From NCBI GenBank assembly GCA_964247055.1, contig OZ176053.1, positions 8,184,001-8,248,000 of the forward strand: a DNA stretch of 64,000 nucleotides. Direction: 5' to 3'. Positions 54,717 to 64,000 of this stretch are shown one piece after another; the first letter of the stretch is position 1; every line of letters begins with the position of its first letter. The DNA comes from Paragordius varius. Taxonomy: Eukaryota; Animalia; Nematomorpha. The translations under genes and the position numbers were made by a program. The notes under the pieces are model-generated. The model was not told where the DNA came from. It saw nothing but the letters and a program-made list of their open reading frames with translations, and made no database searches.

Positions 54717-55277
54717 ATGATATTGTCAAAAATCAGACGAAATCGCAATTTAAATTTTATTTTCTCGGTAATAGGCTTGATCCTCTGTGTTTATACCTTG
54801 TATGTTGAACAAAACTATAATAATCAAGAATACAAGCCATTTTGTGAAATTAATGAAAGGATAAATTGTACTTCTGTCTTAAATTCACAGTATATTAATA
54901 TTAATTGTAGAGGGAGTAAGGGATTTGGTTTTTTGCAAAATTTCCTTGGTGAAAAACATATTTTAATTCTTCCGAATCCGATTTATGCCATTGTGTTTTA
55001 TTTAATACAAATTTCATTAGGTAAAATTATAGTAATTTAAGGAAATATAATATCTCCATATTCAGCATATATTCAATTAATATTATCAATATTGGCAAAT
55101 GCCTCATCAATATGGCTTGGCTATATTTTAATATACAAACTTTATAATTTATGCATTGTATGTGTAATGAGTTATTTTATCAATTTTATCCTATTATTAA
55201 TACACATTCAAAAATTTAACATGATTACTCATATGAATCCAAGCAATATCACAACATTGAAGAAAAAAAACAAATAA
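54717..55277 (+). CDS. VKORC1: Vitamin K epoxide reductase complex subunit 1 (VKOR family), 3 exons
   Basis: Exons 54717-54889, 54911-55020, 55042-55277: GLILCVYTLYVE, loop cysteines FCEINERINCTSVLNSQGSKGFG, and the active-site CIVC in LYNLCIVCVMSYFINF. Confidence 0.93.
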
Positions 55278-55316
55278 ATATATTATTTATTTTTTGTGAA
55301 CATATTTATTAAAAAA

Positions 55317-56582
55317 TTATCTTAAACCAGCTATTCCTCTTCCACCATCCACAGGCAGGTTTACACCAGTTATAAATGTAGCTTGGTCTGACGCTAAAAA
55401 AGCAATAGCTTCTGCAATTTCTTCCGGTTCTGCAACGCGTCCTAATGGATGAGTTTCTTTGCCACGTTCCAAAAACTTTATAAATTGTACATTAAAATAT
55501 AATTAAAACAATTATAATAAATAGTTTTTTATCCTTTATAACAGAGATGATTCATTAAAACCTGACAAAAATTATTTTAACTTTCACATTCCGCTAAATC
55601 TATTTATATTCTGTATGATTCTATTTATGAAAATAACTCATTGCAAATATTCCTAGACAAAGTGGCTTTATTACATCAAATTAATGTTAATTTATACAAT
55701 AATAGGATGAAAACTAAATGGAAGGAAATATTATTTGGAAATATCTTCGACTATAAATATTTAAAATTATAATCGTAGTATCATTGTATTAACTTGATGA
55801 TAAGATTCAGGTGATAATCCACCACGTTTTTGCAATTCAGTTTTAACAACACCTGGATTGACTGAGTTGACCCTAACACCTTTGGAGGCAAGATCTAAAG
55901 CGACACATCGTGTAAATTGATCCAGAGCTGATTTTGATACGTTATAGGCTAAAACGTTTGCAAACTATAATGCAGAAAATTTTTCATAAAATCTATTTTT
56001 ATCTAATAATAAATAATTCCAATAAATTACACTCCGTAATCCGTTTACGCTTGAAACATTGACTATATTTCCTTTTACCGGGATAATGTATGGGACCAAT
56101 AACATAGTCAAATAATAAACAGATCGAACCTTGATTTATTATTTAGCATTATACATTAAGGTTCATTATCTTATCATACTGTTCCATGGAAGTGTTTTCG
56201 ATGCCACCAAGTTCGAGGATACCAGCATTATTAACCTCTAGTAAAAAAATTTAATTACAAGCACGTCAATATTTTTGTAAGCTTTTGTGGCTTCCTTTAC
56301 TAATTTTTCCACATCTTCATCTTTAGACAAATCTCCAGCATAGATAATTGGCTATAAAATTATAATAATTATACAGTGTTACGGTTAGCTGAAACTTCGG
56401 CACATTTTTTCTGTATTGTTTGAAGATTAACTTGATTACGGCCAGTCAAAAAAAGTTTGGATCCTAACTTTGCAAAATATATTGCGGTAGCAGATCCTAT
56501 ACCTGAACTTGCCCCTAAAAGTTACTCAATGCGTACCAGTTATTAATATAATTTTGTTCAAAAAATAATCTCCAAACGGCAT
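55317..56582 (-). CDS. Classical short-chain dehydrogenase/reductase (FabG-like SDR), 7 exons
   Basis: Exons 56582-56537, 56514-56375, 56351-56259, 56235-56155, 56129-56031, 55964-55794, 55475-55317. Motifs ITGASSGIG, IDVLVNNAGI, NIVNVSS, catalytic [28 protein letters not shown] possible in-frame upstream ATG lies at 56705. Confidence 0.94.
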
Positions 56583-56708
56583 GTTGTTTTTACCATATGA
56601 GCCACCAATTCGGGTTAAAAGCCATGCTTTTTCTATACAACAATCCAGGTATCCAGAAAAGATAAGCTTGTTATTTACCGCCACTGTCCACACAGGACGA
56701 TTCATTAA

Positions 56709-57247
56709 CACTTCGATTCAAATTGGGGTATATAAATACCTCTAATTTTGAGTTAAAATTTTTAAAAAGCTACTGAAGCGAATGGCCCCATTTTAAATTT
56801 ATGCTTCTATCCTAATAAACATTATATAAATACGCCAAAATATCTAAAAAGAATTTTGTTTTGAAAAAAAGTTCTATATCAAACTACTTCGATGCCATTT
56901 TTATTTTACGAAATTTTTGCAAAATATCGTTTTCATTTAATTTTAAGGGTAAAATTGAAGCTGTAGAAATAGAAAAAGCGGTTTATTTTGCATTATTTTC
57001 AATTTTACCATTGCACACATGTCACGTTGACTAAATTGTTACCTTTCGGTTTTAGCTTAAAATAAGTAATTACAAGTATTTTTGAATAATTTTTTTTATA
57101 TTTTTCGGTTTATTAATGTTATATTAAGGCAAAATTTTGCCATGGTATCGATTTCTTCCATATTTTTTATAGAATTTAATTTTAAACAAGCCTGGGGTAT
57201 TTAACTACTTCAATTTGAATCGAAGGACTAAAATGAATGTCCAAGTG
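56709..57247 (+). mobile_element. piggyBac-like MITE with TTAA target duplication
   Basis: TTAA|CACTTCGAT ... TCCAAGTG|TTAA; same family and orientation as 53967-54541. Confidence 0.8.
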
Positions 57248-58112
57248 TTAAAGTAATATGATAACTCAGATATATTCAATGTTATTTAGTGATTCATTTA
57301 TTTTATCCTTATTAAGTCAAATACTCTAACGCATTTTGTACATGTGAATTTTCAGACCTCGACCCATATGCAGCTCAAGCATTGCTGTTTTATGGCCCTA
57401 ATTTATAATTGAGTTATTTTATCAAATGATTGCTCAGAATTAAATAAAATTTTACTAATTTTAATATTTTTAGTATGTTAAATTCAGTTTTTACAATTAT
57501 TAAAATTTGTCTTATAAGAAAAATATCCAGACTTAGACCTAAAACCTTAATCAAAATGTCCATATTATCTTAGCAAACATTTACACAAACTCAAAAATAT
57601 TTATTTTATTTGCCATTTTATTTAATAACTAATTATAACCTTATTATTATATTATTCTATACCTTATTATTATATATATATATATATAACCTGCTTTATT
57701 TACAGTACAAAATATTCTTCTCTTAAATGTTTTCCCCAGTATATTAAATAACACATTCGAATGGATCTATAACCAATGAAAGTTTTTTTAAGAAAATGGG
57801 AAGATAATTATTTTGTAATATTAAAAAAAAATGTCGTCGTGTCTAACTCTATAAAAATTTATCTGTACGGATGGTTATCCACCCATGAGAATCAACCAGG
57901 GACTGATTTTTGAATATGATTAAATCCACACTTGTCCTCTTATTGTTTTTAGCAGAAAATTAATTATATGCTTAACAGATGAACATGATTCAAATAAAAA
58001 CGGTTATCGGTCGTAGATTCTAAAATCTATGAAACGCGGTTTGACGAAGTCATTAATAAGAGATAGGATATGTTCTTATAGTTACCTTTGCAGCATTCTT
58101 GTTTCTATACCA

Positions 58113-58208
58113 TTTCCCAGTCAAAATAAACGTTTTCCCAGTCAATCGAAACATTTTCCCAATCAATCGAAACGTTTTCCCAGTCAATCGAAACGTTTTC
58201 CCAGTTAA
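58113..58208. repeat. 21-bp minisatellite, about 4.5 copies (TTTTCCCAGTCAATCGAAACG)
   Basis: Directly visible head-to-tail units with no spacers. Confidence 0.85.
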
Positions 58209-58562
58209 TAAAAACGGTTTTATTTTTGATGTTAAAAATAACTTCCATCATCACCGTAATATTAGGATATTATTTTTATAAAAACACAATTATTGAATGA
58301 CAATTTTCGTATATTCCAGTGCACAATCATTAATTTATTCTTTAAAGTTATATTTTTGGAATTGTGATGTTTTTAAGATTGTTTTTTATTTTGTTGATGG
58401 TTCGCATTATTTGCGGCTAACTTGAAAAATCTATAGTTACGGATGAAATAATAAAATTTATAAAAATATACCATATTTATCTGAAAGATCATTTAACACT
58501 TTATATTGGATTTTAAACATAAATTTTACCCTATTTTTTATAATATTTATCATTTGGTCCAT

Positions 58563-58848
58563 CAGGGCAACGCGGCCTTCCAAATATCTTTGTGCGACCC
58601 GCGAAAAATTTGGTAATTCATGTGCAAAAATATGCCCACAAAATCTCAGTAATAATTATATTTCATACGAATTATTCAGAATGAGTCTATTAAATTGGTA
58701 ACGAATTAAAAAAAATTATTATATTGTTTTACAGTCTTATGTCTAATCGAAAAATTATTTATGAATGTCCGTATATATTTCGAATGCGGAACGCCGTACT
58801 TTTTGATTAAAAATGAGGCCTGCGAAGCCATATGGTTGGACACCCCTG
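58563..58848 (-). mobile_element. hAT-like MITE, reverse orientation
   Basis: Ends GTTGGACACCCCTG, the reverse complement of CAGGGGTGTCCAAC; internal match to the 8053 and 36034 copies. Confidence 0.6.
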
Positions 58849-59059
58849 TTTTAGTCAAATATCTTTTTATTAAATACTTTGAAATCAAAGATTTTTATCG
58901 AAAAAAATTTTTGTTTAGATATTTTTTCCGACAGTATTTTTATCGACAAACTACATGTTTAAAAACTGTTTTGAAGCGTTCGGCATATATTATTGACCAT
59001 CGATAGTATAAAAATTATATCTCAAATTCCAAAAAATATAATTTTTAAAGAATAAGTCG

Positions 59060-59520
59060 TTAATAATTGTGCACTGGAATATAATTGGAAAAACTGTCAT
59101 TCAATAAAAGACCCTGCTCTGTTTCTGATAGATAGCGGTGTATATTATAAAATTTGGAATCTAAATCGCATAAAGAAAATCGCCAACATATGATTTTATA
59201 CCAATTAATCGTGCGACCATGGGCCAGAAGACATAATAAGAAAATGATTTTGCCTTTTACAAACTCCGCACAAAGCATACACCAGTGAAAGACACCTTAA
59301 AATGACTTCGGATGAGTTATTTCGCATCCGCTGTACTTTCCTGACATGGTTGCCATCTGACTGCATCTTGGCATCAATGAGGTACATCGCAGAGACTTTT
59401 TAAAAAATTGCAGTTGTGCCTTATCCTATGGTGCCATAAAAGACAATCAGTTTTTGGCATGATATTCATATATTAGCTAAGAGATGGCGAAGTTTGTAGA
59501 GCCGGACAATGTGTGGAAAC
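59060..59520 (-). pseudogene. Possible decayed hAT (SPIN/GTF2IRD2-like) transposase fragment
   Basis: Locally higher GC and broken frames with faint resemblance (SDG...; RC...ALCG; FSLCDLDSKF) to Charlie/SPIN transposases; alignment by eye only. Confidence 0.3.
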
Positions 59521-60127
59521 AAATAAATAATTGATTTACGCTCAAAATTACGTGTTTTTTTACAGAAAAACTGTATATTTATGACTACATTCGGTACTAT
59601 ATATATATATATATATATATATACTTTGTTTAGGTTTTTAAAACATAAAATTAGACTGATTTAAGATATTTTGAGTTATTTAATGATATAAAATACTTGA
59701 TATTCATTTGAAATTTCTTAAAAACGTGAATTAAATAATTATGGACTATTTTTTAATTTTTGGAAAATTGCAGATTAAAAAATTTAATTTGTCTAGATTA
59801 TGTATTAATATTGCAAAGGTAGGTGTTTGTTAATTTATTTGATGAAGTGAAATCGATATTATAAATTTCAAATATTTGCGACTCAAATTTAACAAAAAGT
59901 CAAAATTTTAGCGGCGAAAATTTGTTAATTGCCAAATTTACAAAAAAGTTTTATGCAAAATATATAAAATTATTTAATTGACTAAGCAACAACAATATAA
60001 ATTACGTGTTTAAAATTACTTTTCCACGTCCATATATTAATTAGAATATAAATATATTTTGGCAATTTATTCAAATTATGTTGTATTTAAATATTTATTG
60101 AGGTTTATTGTATTGTATATCAGTTAT

Positions 60128-60471
60128 ATGAAATATATAAAATTAATTGTGCTAATTTTATACCAAATCGCCATTATATCACCGTCCAACGTAAATGGAG
60201 AATCATTAGATGATAGTGATGGAACCTACTGTTGGAGACCAATTTATGATAAATATTATTTCGAAGATTTCTTGGAAGAACGCCCTAAAATTTCACCGCT
60301 ACAGGTAAAATATTATGATATATGTATGTTTTTAAGATCTTAATGCGGTTAAACAGTTTGATGTCGGTATTAGCCAGTGCTGCGGGCGATGTGCAAGATA
60401 TAGTCCAGGGTATGAATTCTGCCAGCGATATAATGACAAAAAACCAAAAATCGAAAGATGTTAAGCTTTAA
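60128..60471 (+). CDS. Small putative secreted protein, 2 exons, family unknown
   Basis: Signal-peptide-like MKYIKLIVLILYQIAIISPSNVNG|ES; exon 60128-60304, donor CAG|GTAAAA; second exon from 60337 (stop 60471) or 60357 (stop 60464); GC elevated over the flanks. Confidence 0.6.
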
Positions 60472-61462
60472 AAGGTATACCATACTACAGTATTATGACA
60501 ACCACACAAATGTATGTCAGATATACCCGAATAAAATATATTATCAATAAATGAATCCTTTGTCACTTTCTAAAGCTGGATTGATTATTGGGTTATTTTG
60601 CGTGGAATTACTGTTTTATAGGTTGTCATTAAACAATATAATGTAGGAAATTTTACCAGTACAGATATTTATAAGGGTATATTAAAAATTAATAGGGAGG
60701 TAAAAATCGGACTCCGGATTCGGAAAATCTCATGTTGTGTTTTTGATATTTCAAATTAATTTATTAAATATAAATGTTTATATATATATGTAGTAATATA
60801 TATATAAAAATATGTACATTCTGAGATATTATAAAATTACCAATGATTTATCATACATATATAATGTTAGGAGACATGGGGAGTCAATTTATCGTCAAAT
60901 AATTTATTTTTGAGAAAACAAAGTTTCTTATTATTTAAATAAACAATGTATTTAATGCCTATAAGAGAAGAGAAAGTGGAGAGATGGTTCTTTATAAAAT
61001 TTAAAGGGTATGTGTATTTATGGTATGATATATATTTGCATTGTAAAACTATGTAAAAAAGGATATGATAATAGCATGATTTTTATAAATATAATTATTA
61101 TCATTATATAAGTTTTATGAGATACATGGCAAATTGGGACACAAATTATAACTTGATGACCTTGTATACATTGTATAACCATTGGTTAAGGACACAGAAC
61201 GATAAACTCCCTAAACAAATTTGGTGTGATAAGCATTTGTGGCACATAACACAAATCTCAATAATCTATAAAATATATATTGACGGGTTAAGATATATAG
61301 TTAATTAAAATTAAAGTATCTGAAGTAGAAAATATCGTAAATAAGGCAAAACTTATTTTACTACCAGAAAATGATCAAAACATTTGAATAATTAAGAACC
61401 AACAAAATATTTAATTAAAATTAACTATAAACTAATTTTAAGTTACATTAACAACAATATTA

Positions 61463-63681
61463 TTAAATACCAATATGATTATTATTGATTTGGAAGTTAG
61501 TGGTCCCGACTCCATTATTTTTGGTATTTGTAGAGCTGTTGCTACTATTGTTATTGTAAAGGTGATGGGTAGATCCCCTATCAATATGATTATTATATGC
61601 CATATTGTGATGATTTTTAACATGGTTGGTGGACATGCTAAGGTTGTTATCAGAAACAGCGTTTGATAAAGATTCGTTTGAAGATGAATTTGTATTATTG
61701 TTACTTTTCAGGTGTGAATTTATGTTTGTGTCGCTATAACCAGCATTTAAGTTGCCCATAGAATTCAGCGAGTGATGTGAATGAGATGAAGGATGTTGGA
61801 TCAAATGATTATTTAAAAGGTTATCACCATTGTTTACAATGATATTATTGTTGCTCTCTATGAGGGGTGGTGTGCTTAAACCTATACACAGACATATATG
61901 TATATATATATTATTATATTTTGTGAAAACTTTTTTGATGTTTCAACTATCATAAAAAATATAAAAGTTAAATCATTTATTGTACCAGAGGATCTATCGA
62001 GAGGCCCCCCAATTTTTGATCGATAATCATCGTTTCCGTCATCTGTACATATATATATATATTAACAGTTTATTAAGGATATTTAAGAAAATTCTAAATT
62101 CTATTAGATAAAATCCAAAAATTTTAAAATAACGGTTAATTGTAAAATAAAAAAAGTATTACCATTTGGTAACATCATTGAAGATGGGGGAGGCACACCA
62201 ACATTGTTAAGTAAGAGATCTTCATTAACGTCCGTAAAATTGTGGTGTATTAAAGTACTTGGTGGGGCCACAGTGTTTGGTATATTGCATTTGGTACCGA
62301 GCATCATTTGAGTACTTAGGGGAGATCCTTTTATATGGGCATTGCTGTTATTATTGGTCAAGTTGTTTGATGTAAGATTACCTATATATGAAATGAAATA
62401 TATTCTTAAATGTTAATGTGTAATAAATAGGGTGTGTTACAAAACATTTACCATTATCACTTTTGTTAGTAGGAGTGTTTGGGAATGGTGAAGATCCATC
62501 TAAACCCAAAGATCCACCACTAATTGACTCAGATTTGATAAAAGATGTATTGTCTTTGAAATCGATAAAGCCATTATTTTTAACATCTATTACATAAAAA
62601 ATCGATGGGAATACAAGAGATAAATTGGAAAAGAATTAAATTATTTGTTGGGTAATAATAATTTTAATTTTTTTTATACATTTATTTAAATTTTTTTGCC
62701 AAATAAAATAATTTTCATTGAAGTTTTACCCATAAAACCAGTAGAGTTATGACATTTTCGATTTGTGCTATTATTACCACCATTCACCATCTCAAAATTG
62801 GGTAGAAGCGTTGATAATGGCCCATTAGTTAATTTGCTTGGAGGGTTATTACTGCTAATTTCAATTGATTCATTTTTTATGGTATTATTGGACAACAAAT
62901 TAGATTGATCTGTTAGGGGAGAATTATTATTGTTGTGTGGTAATGATAATGATGTTGTTTGAGGTTGATGTAATACCGTGGATTGTGAAACCAAAGTCGA
63001 ACTGTGTGATTCCATATACTGTAAGTTTTCTAACCGTGCTATTAATCGTTCGTCTTCATCGCCGAATTCGCCACCCATTAATGTTGGTTCACCAACAATC
63101 ATAACATCCTACATAGTTTGTTGGATATGGATTTAAATATAAAGAAAATATCATACGGATTTACTATGATATATTAGCATAATCGCTCGGCTAATGTATG
63201 CTTGCTTAATTTAAATTGAATACAAATATAATTGAATATCACTAAACTATATGTAACAAATAAAGATGATGCAATCTATAATATAGATACAAAATGTCCT
63301 CTCAAACGCGTTTATGTTTGAAAAACCTCTTAAAAATCTTAGTATGTGCCATTGTATTATATTTTAATTTATAAATTTTATAACAATGTCTCCTCCAATT
63401 TCCGTATTTAGAGATATTAAAACAATAAGTGTGTTTCATAAGCGTTTCTGCACAAAAAGAATTTACAAACTTTTTAGCATTCGCTATAAATTATACCTGA
63501 CTCGCTAAAGAGAGCATGTGTTGTTGATGCTGTTGATAATGGGCTGTTGAAATGCCAGGCTGTCCTTGGGGATTGAATGGAGGCAAAGTCCCGAGAGGCG
63601 GACCACCCCGTATCAAACCTGTTGTTGGCCCAGAATGGTGGGGATAGGGAGGGGGAGGTGGATGTGAAGATGGAAACATGC
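61463..63681 (-). CDS. LDB: LIM domain-binding protein (LDB/Chip), 3' exons; 5' part beyond the window
   Basis: Exon starting at 63108 encodes DVMIVGEPTLMGGEFGDEDERLIARLENLQY, the LIM-interaction domain of LDB1/2/Chip. Upstream exon 63681-63497; four further phase-1-linked exons lead to the stop at 61463. Confidence 0.92.
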
Positions 63682-64000
63682 CTGTATAAAATAAGTTAAT
63701 TTTTGTTTGAAAAAAAGTAAAATATATATATATATATACTTTAATGGAAAGTTAGCATTAAATAATAATTTGTAAGTGAAATGGTGTTAAATTTATATTT
63801 TTTCATACTAATTCTCATTATATATATTCTTTTTCGACTGTGTTGGCATATCATAAGAGAATAAATATATATTAAATTAACCAAAACTAGTTTCTGATAT
63901 TACAACTTTGATATGTTATTTTTTAACATAATTAATTACAAATTTGAACTATTAATGAGAAATAATAATATTATATTATGGTTAAAATATTATCAAAATT

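Noticed and set aside
57356-57410. Exon-like block reading DLDPYAAQALLFYGPNL*
   Set aside because: A good acceptor, but no phase-compatible upstream exon could be found.
58113-58208. 21-bp direct repeats as a CRISPR array
   Set aside because: Units are contiguous with no spacers, the context is eukaryotic, and there are no cas genes.

Overview
Very AT-rich, intron-containing animal (invertebrate) genomic DNA; no prokaryotic features, CRISPR array or confident RNA gene. Spliced gene models recovered by hand: CWC22 (-, runs off the left edge), an InaF-motif membrane protein (+), an NCoR/SMRT-like corepressor (+), METTL5 (-, absent from the ORF track), BCAT (+), a long unidentified multi-exon gene (+), VKORC1 (+), a classical SDR (-), a small secreted orphan (+) and the 3' part of an LDB/Chip gene (-). 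Mobile DNA: a 5.4-kb tandemly amplified non-autonomous Helitron, a second 1.2-kb Helitron of the same family, piggyBac-like, hAT-like and TA-flanked MITEs, and decayed Gypsy, mariner and RTE remnants. The most striking signal is splicing: 14 homology-supported GT-AG introns of only 21-31 nt (13 of them 21-25 nt, five exactly 21 nt, none shorter) in five conserved genes. They coexist with introns of hundreds to ~1000 nt in the same genes, and two sit at the human VKORC1 intron positions. These genes also form extremely tight pairs (39-93 nt between start or stop codons). Gene names come from my recognition of conserved motifs, not database searches; the organism cannot be determined from the sequence.
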